DNA of 64,000 nucleotides. Source: Perna viridis. Taxonomy: Eukaryota. Positions 26,151 through 39,079 of the stretch are shown piece by piece. The stretch covers positions 17,794,001 through 17,858,000 of the forward strand of contig CM074518.1 in the NCBI GenBank assembly GCA_037379345.1, written 5' to 3'. The notes below the pieces were generated by a model. It had not been told where the DNA came from, did no database searches, and saw only the letters and a list, made by a program, of their open reading frames with translations. The position numbers and the translations under genes were made by a program. How positions within the stretch are numbered: the first letter of the stretch is position 1; the number at the start of each line of letters is the position of its first letter.

Positions 26151-26548
26151 TTTGTATGGATAAATAAGTACAAGGTAAAAAGAATGATAGACAAAAAAAG
26201 TTAATGCAATAAGTCACCAACACTTCGTGGTCGGTGAATCGATTACGCAAAACACACAAAAACTACTGAATATATTATTCTCTAAAGAAATTGCTTTCAA
26301 CGATTTTCTCAGCAATCTTTTTTTAACCCACCTCCCTGTAGCATGTTTGTCTTTAAGCATGGCGTAATGTAAAAAACAACGGTTTGTCTCTTACAAAATA
26401 AGTGATTACATTTGTAAGTTGTTGCATACATATGTATCTGGTGTTAATTTAATTCTGATGATGACGGTTTAATCTACGCTATTAGAATTATCAAAACGGC
26501 ATAAAATAGCACATAATTCACCTTTCCCAGATATATATATATATATAT

Positions 26549-26880
26549 AAGGGTCTGAAAAATTCCCAACGATGTTAGAACTGTCAAATTTGCGAAGCAA
26601 ATTTTTGTCGTTCCCTCCGCTGGACTCGAACTCGTACCGCTGTGACATCTACGGCAACACCGCCTGCACTAAGTCCAGCGCCCTAAACCACTCGGCCAGT
26701 TAGGCTATAGAGTTCGAGTCCCGCGGAGGGAATGACAAAAATTTGCTTCGCAAATTTGACAGTTCTAACATCGTTGGGAATTTTTCGGACCCTTCTATAA
26801 GTTTACGTTATCTTCCCTGTATCAATTTGATCCGATGGAGCAGTGTAGAGAATAGAGTCGTCACATTCTAAGACGTGTTA
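26549..26880 (-). mobile_element. Fold-back tRNA-derived SINE-like element in (TA)n
   Basis: The minus strand has a Pol III A box (TGGCCGAGTGG, 26688-26698) and B box (GTTCGAGTCC, 26622-26631). Inverted arms of about 85 bp (26549-26633 / 26710-26794) with 3 mismatches, plus a 90-bp unique tail. Flanked by (TA)n on both sides. Confidence 0.8.
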
Positions 26881-27596
26881 GATATATATATATATATCTG
26901 AGATCTTACAGTACGTTGATTTGCTGTAATTATTTTTGGTGGCATTGCATTTACCAGCTCAGTTGTCAATTGATCAAATAAAAACAACCATTGACCTACC
27001 GTGATGAAAATAAATACTATCAAATAGAACACAAGAGGTATAAGATTATTGCCTTTACAGTAGCATTTGATACAATCTTTTTTGCTGTAATTACTTCCAA
27101 ATTTCCAAATTGCATATTAAGCACAGGAGAATAGATTCGACAAAAATAATTGAAACTTGGAAACATATATAATTCAAATAAGTCATCCAAATAGTCTCTC
27201 TAAAGTAACTGTTGTAATAGAGATGTGCTTTAGAATATGCTTTTTTCATTGATGCATAAAGTTCTCATTGTATGTATGCATTCGTAGCTTCCTGTTTTTT
27301 TGTTAATTTTTTTGTTAATTATTTTTTTGGATTTGTTTTTTTGTATTTTTATATTTTTTCCCTAAGTAACATATACCAAAACTAGTTGATTAAACATGGA
27401 AAGGTAAAAAATAAAAATAATGTGTGTATCCAACATAAATAACAAACCGGATCGAACTTTGGGAAATGCTTGGTAAATGCTTCTCTGTCTTACATTCTAC
27501 GATATTGTTTCTACTGCTTTGAAGAAAAGTAGAAATTTAGCAAAGTTCGTTGTGTGTTTTGTGTATAAATGCACAATTTCCAAGTATCAATTTTTT

Positions 27597-28925
27597 CTAT
27601 GATCTCTTCAAACAGAATAGGACATAAAACATAAAAATGAAATTAAAAGTGGATAGAAACTGTAACATCATGACATGGACTCTTACATTTCTTATGATTA
27701 AATACCGGATTAAGTGGTTGCATCTTTCTTCGAAGTTATGCTTGACGTCGTTTAGTAGACGACTTATAATTTTAAACATTACGGTAACATATTGATCCTT
27801 CTAAGGATAGTGTCAAATATACTAGGCAGCAAAATGAAATAGATCGACCGGACAAAATTCATGACTCTGATGAAGCAGTATATTTCTTTGATTAGTAGTT
27901 TCACGCCAACTGATGTCAGTATTGTAGAAATATGATAAAACTAAACGTATTTGTTGGAACGAAGGCTCTTATTAAAGAATTCTAGTTACAAGTAAACGAG
28001 AAAAAGTATTGGCCTTTATACTTCAATGAAGTCAAGTCATTGTCCAAGAATACTAAATGGAATCATCGTCTACAATTTTGTGGTCCTACTTTTAATGTAG
28101 GTTTACAAAATCAGTATAAAAGTATTTATAAAGAATTTATGAGAAAAGATTTTAAAATTTTGCCTATTTCCACTGAAAACGTACTTTTTTCTTACTTGGA
28201 GTCCATTTTCTAGTAGAAAGTGTCTCTTTGGCGGTTTGAGCAAATTTTGAAAGATAAATATAAATTTGCAGAAATTGTGTAAATCTTTTGCCTTACAAAA
28301 TAAAGTGATATGTCTTTGAACATATATAGTTTGGCCATGGTCATTACGTTATCAACAATTATATTCATTGCTTCTGTCCATAGTTGTCAATTTCCATTTT
28401 CTGTTGGTGATGCATTTTGAGGAAAACACAAGTGTTTTAAAAAAAATAAAAATGCAATCTTGTTAAATAACAATTACTGTAAACATACCAATTTTCGCTG
28501 TTGCTTATTTATGCCAAAGAGAAACGAAAACAGGCACGCCAAAACAACAGGGAGACAAACGGTAGAAAAGAGACGAAAGAGCTTGAATGGAAACTACAAG
28601 TACTTGCTCTATTTGACTTGGGGCATGACTAGGTAGGTAAATAGGCATTTTATATACGTCTTTATTGGTGCCCTTTTCCTTCTTACGAGATTTAAAAAGA
28701 TCTATAATATACTTCAGCATTACAGTGTCATAATTTGATTATCATTTACTTAAAACATGATGAAGATTAAGGGTTTATAAATCAACTATATAAACTTTAC
28801 TATCTCTTGAAATACCGAATCAAGGCGCCGTATTTGATATCAAATGGTTAACCACAGTAAAATAGGACTTGCAATTTACACCCAGTTTTGATGTCAATAC
28901 TACTATCTCAAGCGATTTCTTATCT
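27597..28925 (-). pseudogene. Decayed large exon of multi-pass membrane protein paralogue A
   Basis: Frameshifted or stop-interrupted segments: KKSLEIVVLT, IRYFKR, YLPSHAPSQIEQVLVVSIQALSSLF/STVCLPVVLACLFSFLFG, GN*QLWTEAMNIIV, RSIYFILLPSIF, CNHLIRYLIIRNV...FLSTFNFIFMFYVLF. Several match segments at 1.3-2.3 kb and 30.1-30.5 kb. Confidence 0.55.
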
Positions 28926-28992
28926 GTCTGTTAAGTGTGAAATACAGAACATGCATAGTTATTTACTTAAAACAAATTTCTAAAACACGTAC

Positions 28993-29110
28993 CTTCATAT
29001 GCAGATAAACACAATAAAATTGTATTCAAAATGCTGCTAACCAAACCTGACACAACTATATTGTTCAAAATATCATTAGACGGTTTGTCTATTTTTTTTC
29101 GAAATTCCAT
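28993..29110 (-). CDS. Intact first coding exon of membrane-protein paralogue A (MEFRKKIDKPSNDILNNIVVSGLVSSILNTILLCLSAYE|G)
   Basis: 118 nt from ATG to a phase-1 donor (gtacgt). 24/39 aa identical to the exon at 38203-38320, with the same length and donor position. Hydrophobic TM/signal-anchor segment. Confidence 0.75.
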
Positions 29111-30064
29111 TTTTAAATCATCCTTTTGAAAAGACACTTTTCTGCAAACATAAGATGAGGCAAAAAAGACACGTATGACGTTTTCCAATCGAAAAATATA
29201 CTATTCCATTACTTGCACACTGGCACAATTCATATAATGGCTTTAAGGTCAACAACAGTAGAAAACGTTTCGTCAATAATGAAATTCTGTAGGAATACTC
29301 CTTTTGTTACAAAACCTTTCATTACCATAACTGGTTTCGGTCTGATATTAGCATTTCATCTAGAATAGACATTTTTGTCAGAAAAAAAAAAACAATATTC
29401 GCAAATTTTCCAATAACGGAAACTATAAGTTCCAGGAAAAGGTGACTGACATGTCAATTTAGGGTTAAGTTTTTTGGTGAAACTATTAAGACTGAAAAAA
29501 ACTCAGAAGTTGACTTAGATTCGTGCACTGAAGCAAAAAGCCGATCCATTGCATTTTGCAAGAAGTCTTTAAGAGAAAAAATACTACTACCAAATTACCA
29601 CAATTTACCTGGCAGTTACAGTTTCAGCGATTTATGTAGTTTGTAACTTTATACATCATATGACATTTTGAATAAAATTTCTGATAATAATTCAATAGTA
29701 AAATTTGTATGAATAAGTAACTACAAAAACTTGTCAATATAAGGTATGTGAATACGGAGAATACGTCAAAGAGACAACAAACCCATCGGATGAAAAATGG
29801 CAGCTCAAGGCCACCAACAGGTCTTTAATGAATGACGAGAAAACCTTCACTTCACTGGGCAGGCTGCAGCTGGCTCCAAAACAACAAAATACACAGATCA
29901 AGTTGGTTTTTTTAGTTGTTTGTGTGTCTAGTCTGAATAGCTTATTCTACTACGTTGATTTTTTTTGTTGATATTTCTAATAAGTTGTGGTAAGCTATAT
30001 CATGGCATCTATGAAGTTTTTTTTCCTTGAGTTCAACTGATTTCAATATAATTTAATGTATCTT

Positions 30065-30525
30065 ATGCTTGTGAATTTAATTTATAACTCTTTTAGAAAT
30101 AAAGACAATGGGATCGACGTTCAACCATTGATTACTTAGCTGTTTATAGAATGCTTCTTTAGTCTGCATTGAAACGAACAGTTATAATTGGAGCATCCTT
30201 TATAACCAGAAAAGCTTGAAGTATTTAAAGGCTAGTACAGGAGTTTCAATCGGATTCACTGTATCGATAATGGAAATTCTGTGTTTCCAAAGGATACAAC
30301 ACGATCCATCCATTAATTTAGCAAAGGGATTAAACATACAGATATTCTCCTATTCGTTTGAAATAACAATAATATTCGGTTTGATTGTCTATCTAGATTA
30401 AATGGTTATATAACATTCGTATTCACTGTAAACATAAACGGAGAGTAACAAAATAACACAAAGAATGAAGGCAGTGTTCTCTACTATGTAAACATTTGCT
30501 TTTTATAAACCATCAAGTCAAAAAC
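30065..30525 (-). pseudogene. Decayed exon of membrane-protein paralogue B
   Basis: KANVYIVENTAFILCVILLLSVYVY, YYCYFKRIGEY, FNPF, LFVSMQ, QLSNQWLNVDPIVF, in the same order as in paralogues A and C; multiple stops and frameshifts. Confidence 0.5.
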
Positions 30526-31265
30526 CTACATTGCATCTATATTCCATGTAAGCGTTTGTATTACAATTGGAAACAACCGTGAATGTGTTAAGTTAAGGCA
30601 AAGTTTTATCCACATAGAAAGTAACAATGGACGGAAATGATGAAACACCACTTAACACTCAGTTTTACGTATAACCATATGAAACATTTTCAAGTTGATT
30701 ATTATAGAATCAGATGGTTTAAATATGAATGTTTAACACTGACTACATCCTAAAGTAAGCTTAAAAGTCTATTCATGGAAGAATTGTAAAATTACCGTGT
30801 AGCCATGTGCGTAGTTTAATTTTGTAGCCTGTTGTGTAGTACAGGACCGTTTCTATAACAACGTTCACATTCAAATGCAAAAATTGAAGAATATAGTTGT
30901 ATATGTAAGGTAATAATGAAAAATGTATACATTTTCTCTGCAATTTCACGACACACAATTTTAGCTTAATAATTGAAGAGTTTACAAATGCAGAATTAAA
31001 ACTGAAAAGCGATTTAAATATTTAAAGTTAGAGAAAAATACATAACCGATATCATTTTTTGAGAAAAAAAAACAACAAAATATCGATAAATAAACCAAGT
31101 TACTTTTACTTCAGTTTTGTCCCCGTAGACTTCAGTGTTGATAATTAGTTGTACGGTGTGTTCGATCGGCTGTAGCACAGTGGGTGTGTTGGAATACCCA
31201 GGTTCATTGTATAAATAATACATATATTGTATCAATAAAACATTCAAAAAGACAAATATTGCATC

Positions 31266-31325
31266 CTTACGTCATTGAACTTTACGTCATTGATCTTTAC
31301 GTCATTGATCTTTACGGCATTGATT
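31266..31325 (+). repeat. 15-bp tandem repeat x4 (ctttacgtcattgat)
   Basis: Direct reading. Confidence 0.9.
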
Positions 31326-31809
31326 TTTGAACTTGAGATTTAAGCATGATTATCGCTCGAGTTCTCAATCTCAAAATGGAATTTGAATATGTCACAAATT
31401 ATCGCTTTACTACGCAGCGAGTTGCATGTGTTCATATCATTTTCAATCTTACACACTCACATGTTTAAGGCACTCAAAGAGTTCAATATTTTGACTGAAA
31501 ACAAAATCTTTCTTATTTATCTTTTTTTTTTATAGCGTTACATCTTAATCGGTATCGTCGTACAATATTGTAGACTTTTATCGCCATTATTACATGCTAT
31601 TAGTAATAACCTGCCTTTTTAAACTGATGATGCACTGGATTTTTAATACTTTTTATTTTAGTCAACATAAGAGACGATACAAAATTTTTATCAAACATGA
31701 TATTTTTATGTGTACAAAACAAAATATTACAGAAACAAAATTATTTTGTAACGTTTTACGTGACAGTTACTATGAATTACGCTTTTCAGAATTATGTACC
31801 ATGCTTGAC

Positions 31810-32230
31810 TTCTTTGAACTAGGCATATGGAACAGACGTATCTTAATACAAGATTAAAGTTATTACAACACACGTTTTATGGTCTTGACCTTAGACTAGT
31901 GGACCGTTACGATGTACCATTTGCATCATGAGAACCGATTTAATTACTATTCTATAGTTTTCCTTTCCTTTTTTCTCTATCCCGGACATTTTAAGAGCGC
32001 CTCGACAGGAGCTTCTAGAAGGGCAGAGAACAATTATCCTATTAGTACGATTGGTTCATGCTTCCAGTATTTGGTGGAGTTCGAGTTTCTCATTTGTTTT
32101 TGTTTCTTTGTGTGTGTTATTTTGGTTGTTTCATGTTCTTTGTTTTGAGTGTCTGTTTCCCTATCTGGTCCTTATCATTGGATTTTATCATATTTATGTC
32201 TGTTCGAAACTTGACTCCCCGGATTAATCT
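31810..32230 (+). mobile_element. Naiad-type PLE, old or diverged subfamily copy
   Basis: acaagattaaagttattacaac...gttttatggtc...tccagtatttggtggagttcgag; homologous to the family with many substitutions. Confidence 0.78.
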
Positions 32231-33462
32231 TACATCGTATCCGTTGCGGAATGATGTTGAAAATTGATTAGCAGATGCATTTTGGCTTTGTGTACAGAAA
32301 TAAGCTGTTAAAAAGGCTTTGAATTTAAAAAGGTATTTATATAAATATTGACAAACTTTACTTTGAATCGTTACTTTTGTTGACTTGTATGTATACAATA
32401 AATTAAAAAAAAAGAATAACTTTATAGTCATATGTCACATATGACGGAGACAACAAGATACAAATTAAGTATCTTTTTTGGATGACGTGCATAAATTTAT
32501 CTATTTGGAGCATGTCGGCAAAGCGAAAATAAATTGCTTAAGAAGCTTTGAATTGAAAAAATATAAATATTGACAAATTTTACGTTGTATTGTTACTGTA
32601 TTCATACAACGAATTTTAAACATAATAGATTAGAAACTACTTATTCATTTAAAAGCACAGATTTTTGATATATCTTCTATTTGTTAATGGTAATCACGAA
32701 AACAAAGATTCGAACGGTTATCAAAAGAATACGTTAACCTTAATCCGAAGTTATAATTTATATCGCATATGTTGTGCAATCAGTTTTCTTAAAGTCTAAT
32801 GTCAACAAAACATATGATCAAACGCCCGTTTTCCGTTGGATTCCGTTTGCACAGAAACCCATATAGGCGATTCTAAAATCATTAGATTTTACATCGAGTT
32901 CATTAACGACGAAAATATATATTTCGTATGCAACTGATGAACAATTTTTATATTGCAATGGTCATTACGGCATTGCAATGATTTTTGACCTGTGTATGAA
33001 TTATTGAACGCCATATTAGTGAAAAAATCAATGAGATATTGCTTAAGAGGTATTCCTATTCAATATACTTCTGACCAATCATTTTCAGGTTGCTTAATTG
33101 TCATTGTGGTCAGTTTTGTTTTGTCGATAGCGAGTAGAACCGGAAATGATTGGTAGACATTTTATGAATAAAATAAAAAGCTCGCATTTTAAACTTGAGA
33201 AAAAAAAATTCGCTACTTTTATTCTTCGGCAACTTTATCGCTTTCCATTGTTTTACTGCTTGAAAATTAATACTTTGATAACATGGCAGATAAACAATAT
33301 AGAATTGAAAGTCATCGGGCTCGCTGTGTTTCAAACTTTAAACTTTCTTTAATCAATTTAATCCATAAAATACTAATATCAGTATTGCAAATTTCGGTAT
33401 ACTCTACACGTTTTTAAGTAGGATTTGAACTAAATACGGATTATCTTGAAAGTTTAAGATAT

Positions 33463-33603
33463 TGTAGCGACCTCAACCGTTCCGATAGAACTGACTGATA
33501 GACTTCACCAAATGTGTAGCGACCTCGACTGTTCCGGTAGAACTGACTGATATACTCCACCAAATATGTAACGACTTTGACCGCTACGAATGAAGTGACT
33601 GAC
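33463..33603 (+). repeat. 52-bp tandem repeat, about 2.7 copies
   Basis: tgtagcgacctc.ac.gttcc..tagaactgactgata.act.caccaaat repeated. Confidence 0.85.
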
Positions 33604-35904
33604 TGTTGACGGACAGACAAGTACCTTTAGTGTTAAAATAGATTACTATTTAATTGTATACATTTGAACAGTTTAACATAAGAACTTAATAACATTTGCA
33701 AGCAGCATAGGAACAGCTCTGGTCAAGCGTTCGTGCCGACGAAGAATAATAAACAATAGCGAAGTGTCAGTTAATCCATCTGATTTTTGAAACTTTCGAA
33801 CCGGTTATATTTTATTCACGTGACATCAGATTATTTTGTGGTCATTTAATCAGTATAATGACTGGTTTATTTATGTAATTATTGGATCATCGACAATATT
33901 CCTATTACAAATATATTGGTATCTGGTGTGCATATATGGGCTGTAATATGTAATTTGACTTCACGGTTATTGAACCCGACGAAAGTATACATGCTTCAAT
34001 TTTGAAACGTTCTCTATGCTAGCGTTATTAACTTTCTAGACTCTTGTATTTATAAGAACTTTAGTAGAGTCTCTTATATTGGAAAGGACTCTATTATTCT
34101 TTATTGATAGTGACCTCTTAAATTATGACTTCTAATTGTTTGGAAACAGCGCCGTAAAGACAATATGTATGTCGTCATACCAAAACGTCCACCGGTATGC
34201 AAACTGGGCATTGAGTTTCCCGTATATCGTGTATAGGGAAGAATTGATATACTTCCGAGGTCGTATAACGACGAATCAGTTCTATCGATTTTTCTTCTTT
34301 TATACAACTTGACAGCTTGTGGAATAATATGACGTCATGACGTAAAGACTTATGTACGGTAACGTAAAAGGGAATTTACATGGCCAACGTCATTTCTTTC
34401 TGACTAAGGAGTTATTTCTCTATTTCTGACATATGAATGGATGTTCATCTCGGCATACGTGTTGCTTGCATACTTCTCATTGAGATACATAGTTTAGTAT
34501 AGTATGTGGTCACTACCCCTAATTTGTATGTATGAAAAACAAGGTTTCTCAGTAAAATAATTTTTCTTTGATCATGAAATGCATAAATGACAATAAACTA
34601 ATGAAGATACACGCAAACTATCACCATACACAGTAAACAGCATCTGATTTTACCCTATAATGTAATTGTTAGACCATTTTTACTTTTCAATGGGTCACCA
34701 CAAATCCACAATATGTGCTTCACGAGGCTACCCGGCAAATGACAAATAAGCATAATTCGACTCATTTCATGAACATTATCAGTCTTTCATGACGTCAGGT
34801 TGTAAAAAAGAAATAGACTGATTGAGTTTGTACTTCAATGTAAAATTTCATGCTTGTCATGGATGACAGTGCCTCCAAGGATAGTAACTGGTAACGGTTT
34901 TCTCGGTCCGTTACAATATTTATCATTCAGACCACGATCATGCAATCATAGAACACATATCTGTAATAACCATAAGTTGGAATGTCTTGAGAATTTGGTT
35001 TTTTATTTCCTACTATAAACAAAATAATAATTAGATGCATTGATCATTCAATTTCTTTATTATAAACATGATGTATAACAACTCATGTTCTATGCCCCTG
35101 TTAGAAGAGTAAACTATTCATTGTAAATAAAACATCTATTTTGATATGACATCTGGAGTTAACAACAATCTCCTTCATCATATAAAACACGTGTTCCATT
35201 GTTCTAATATTCAATTCTCTTTGTCTTTCCAATGATAACATATTGACAGTACATTATTAGAAAATGCTAATGTTATGGAAAGCACTTACAATGTGCTTAT
35301 GTGCTTCATACCATTTCATCGATAACCTTCAAAATTCGACTGAAGTCAATTGAAGTATTGTGGGTATATTAAAACTTTTGTTGCCAGTTTAAATGTGTTT
35401 CTGTTTTCCTTACATTCTCATCGTTCTATGACTATCGTCGCAACAAATTATTTTTTCCTATCAAATAAAGTATGAACAAAGAGACCAAAATAATAATTGC
35501 TCTCTGCTTTACTAGGAATATTCTTTTGTCAAAATAGGCAAAACAAAAAGGCGGTACTCACGACAAAGTGTACAAATCTGTTTTAATGGTGTATATTACT
35601 ACCCCATGACGATCAATGGTTTCTGATGACCGTGAAACTTTTATATGACAACTTTAGTCATGCACTTTGTTCCAATAGCAATTCGTTAAATTAAGCACGG
35701 TACAAAAAGTCGTTGTAGCTTCTGTAGGATGTTCTGATATAACCTATGAGCAGTGCTATAAAAACTCGTATGCAGAGGCACAGACAATTGTTAACTTCTT
35801 TTTATGTTTTATGTTGGAAGTCATCAAGTAGGATAGATAAATCTCTTTCATCACATATCCCCATCATTGATTCTATAGTAGGATCAGGATATTATACTAA
35901 CTAT

Positions 35905-36363
35905 ACTAGCTTGCCGAAACTACGCAGACTTTTTGTATCGCGCTAGAACTCTAACAAATAGGCTTCTGGAACAGGGTTATGTTGCTACAAGATTGAAGTC
36001 ATCACTACAGAAGTTTTATGGTCGTCATCATGAACTCGTGGATCGTTATGTGTATCCATTAACACCATGAAAACTGATTTATTCAACGGGTCATAGTTCT
36101 CCTTTCCTCGTTTGTCTACCCCGGACTTGACTTTTTATGAGCAACTCGGCGGGTGTTTCTAGAAAAACAGAGGACGCACCTGGTCCATGCTCCCAGTTTT
36201 TAGTGGAGTCCGAGTTGCTCATTTACTTTTGTTACTTTGTATGTATGATTTTAGTTACTTTATGTTCTTTGTTGTGTATGTCTGTTTTCCATGTCTGGTC
36301 TTTATCCCCGGATTACATTCTTTTGATTACCGCTATAACCTTGGTTCCCTTGATTACTCTTTC
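35905..36363 (+). mobile_element. Naiad-type PLE, 5'-truncated copy
   Basis: agcttgccgaaactacgcagac...ttgattactctttc, close to the consensus of the other copies. Confidence 0.92.
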
Positions 36364-38202
36364 TTATTGTCTGAAGTGTCATTTATATTATGCAATGTAA
36401 ATACCACCGAACTCTCGATTATCCAGTGTTAGGAAGTCACTTTTGTTAAAAAAAAATAGTATTAAAAGACTTACTTAAATGCCTCTCTTTCTTTTTAACT
36501 AAATTTCTTATGAAATCTGCCTCACGAGAGTGACGAAACAAACCGACATGCAATAAGGCACTGCTAGTACTCATTGGTATATCGATTGTATGTCGAAAGC
36601 ATATCCTTCCCGCTAGACAAAAATGCTATCTACTCAAAATATCTAAATAATTAGAACTTTTACGGTATACTTGTTTCTACTTGTTTTGCCTTACTACGAA
36701 AAGGAGGAGTGTGTGATATTTTTGTTTATCGCTATTTTGTTGCAAATCCCTTTGATCTTGCTATACAATAATTTTCAATCTCACGCCGTTCGAGTGAGAA
36801 TGCAAATTATCGCTAGTTTCTATGTCCTCGCGTGATATACAAGTAACAGCGTAGGAATATTTGACGACCCAAATAACCGTCTGTGTGTTTACTGCGTATA
36901 AAATAATGGCTAATTTGTGGCAATATTTTCTAGTCTACAATAGAAAATGATGAAATACAGTAACTTACCCGAATAGAATGAATTAACCCGAAAATTATCC
37001 CACAATTTTAAACGCGACCGTCATAGTTAAACAAAATGTGTATCACAGCTGCACTACATACGTGACGTCACGTAGCACGTCGCTGAAAAATAGTTCCGAA
37101 AGGAAATTTTGCAACGCTTATAAAACTTACATATTTAGGTCTAGAAAACAGAAACTAAAAGAAAACTAATACCTTACAATTCAGCAAAACAGCGATAAAC
37201 AGATTATTAAATATATTTTCAACTGGCGGGAGTTTCTCATGCTCATCTTGTCTCGCAGCAATAAGAAATTAAACAACCTGATAGTCTATACTGCACTTTT
37301 GGCTTTGTATTATTGTAAGAAAGTCAAATAACAGATCTAAGATTTGCTGTTTTTCAACACCGAATCAAAAGTTTCCAGTAGATCTTTTAGATTTTTTTTT
37401 AGAGTCCTCATAGATATGAGATCATCTCGCAGAAAAAAAAACACGTGACGTGGTAAGATGGAAGGCCATTATATAGACCAATTTGGATATAATACAAATG
37501 CATTTTGTTGATCAAGCATTTTCTTATGGATTCATGTGTTGGTTCGGTGTATCTAGTACATTGACGGGATACCACAATTGTCATTCTCTGCTGAGAGATT
37601 AAATGAAGATCAAACTGAGTTATGACAAACTGTTGCTTTAATGACGTCTTCTATCTATCAATACGGCCTAATCTAAACTTGAATTAATACTTCTTGAAAA
37701 TAAAATTTTCTGTGGTATAGAAAAGAGTAGCACTTTAAGGGTGCATCCAGATTGCACTAATGATAAGATATACAATTGTTATAGCAAGCCTTATTATTTA
37801 TAGTACTCGTAAAAACATGCATTTTTACGCTTTGAACATAACAAAAACACGCAAATAACATTGAATTCGTAAATGTTCGTTTATATGTTGGGCATGAATC
37901 TTAGTTATCTTGATAATTCTTTCACTAAATTTTTACTTCTTTAATTTTTACTTTTACATTTTGCGATGAAGTCAAAATTTTCTTTTTGAAACAGTCATAA
38001 ACTTTACATTATATGTTGTTAGTCAGAATCAATCTCTGACATACATGTTGCGAATTTTATAAGTTTTGAAATTGATTGTTTTATATCGTCATCTTTTCTT
38101 CTTGAACAAATGAAAATATTTTGCTTCGAATGAAGTATTACTTTCTGCACTGCACCTGGAAACAATAATTCTATATACCCAATGATACACTAAAATTCTT
38201 AC

Positions 38203-38320
38203 CTTCAACAGCAGAAATGCACAGTAAGACTGTGTTTAGAATACTGCTAATAAATGTTATAATCACTATATTGTTCAGTATAACACTTGATGCTTTGTCA
38301 GTCCTTTTCTGAAATCCCAT
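38203..38320 (-). CDS. Intact first coding exon of membrane-protein paralogue B (MGFQKRTDKASSVILNNIVIITFISSILNTVLLCISAVE|G)
   Basis: 118 nt, phase-1 donor gtaag, possible phase-2 acceptor 13 nt upstream of the ATG; paralogous to 28993-29110. Confidence 0.75.
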
Positions 38321-39044
38321 TTCAAACATATACCTTAACACGCAACAAAAATATTCCAAACGAATTTTAGAAATTACAAGTTTACCATTAAATATTTTCC
38401 ATGAATGAGTGGAAAACTATACCAAAGTCCCTATCAACGTAACATGGTGTATGTTCAATTACTTCAAAATGAAATTCCACTGAAGTTTGTACTGTAGGAA
38501 AATCCTCTAATAACGAACTAATTGAAGCTCGATATTGGTATTTTTCTCCTTGTTCAGACGTTTTCATTAGAGAAATACAATAATTGTTTTTTTTCCGATA
38601 GCTTAACAGCCTCTTATATACAGAGTATAGTGTTTGACATGATAGTGTGTATCAAATCACAGTTTTGATAATTTTATGACTGAAAATAAGACTACACACA
38701 GGTACACACAACAAATGTTCCACCGGGACCTTTTTATGATCTGTTTCGTTTATTTTAATTTTTATTTATTTTTAGAAAAAATCAATTTATGTTAATTTGT
38801 TATATTTTTTGGTTTTCTTTTTAGCTTCCATTTTTTTGTGGTGGGTTTGTTTTTTTTTTTGTGTTTTTTTGTTTGTTTTGTATTTTCATTTTTTTTAGGG
38901 GAGGGGTTGTTTGTTTTGCTTGCTTTGGGATTGGGTTACAATTTAAAGGACCTATCGGCCGACATGAACGACGCAATCATTCTATCTATTTGATTTTGGG
39001 TCTTACTATAATAGTGACAATAATATTATTATTAAGTCGCCGAC

Positions 39045-39079
<35 letters not shown>

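Noticed and set aside
26622-26706. Functional tRNA gene
   Set aside because: A and B boxes are present, but the spacer is expanded, no clean acceptor stem is evident, and it sits in a repeated element.
26805-26830. Resemblance of gatacagggaagataac (minus strand) to the U6 snRNA ACAGAGA region
   Set aside because: Only about 17 nt with mismatches in the invariant box; the rest of U6 is absent.
30466-30491. ATG AAG GCA GTG (MKAV..) resembling a mussel antimicrobial-peptide signal start
   Set aside because: The frame stops after 8 codons, no Cys-rich exon was found, and the region is better explained by the minus-strand pseudogene.
33463-33603. CRISPR-like array
   Set aside because: Contiguous tandem repeats with no unique spacers, no cas genes, eukaryotic context.
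35623-35640. CTGATGA-ccgt-GAAAC hammerhead-like core (other CTGATGA words at 3243, 11880, 16502, 26456, 27868)
   Set aside because: No room for helix II and no convincing flanking helices; none lies inside the PLE copies.
36137-36432. Recurrent hydrophobic ORFs (MLPVFSGVRVAHLLLLLCMY.., MSNSAGVSRK..ESELLICFCYFVC..) at many loci that look like a small membrane-protein family
   Set aside because: They are translations of the T-rich PLE 3' UTR in different frames, with frame and stop positions not conserved between copies.
34330-37070. Several perfect CRE palindromes TGACGTCA (also near 18821 and 63846)
   Set aside because: They cannot be tied to a promoter from sequence alone and may be repeat-derived.
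38080-38155. Candidate exon 2 for paralogue B after a 47-nt intron
   Set aside because: The intron is unusually short, the in-phase frame stops after about 25 codons, and there is no similarity to paralogue A.
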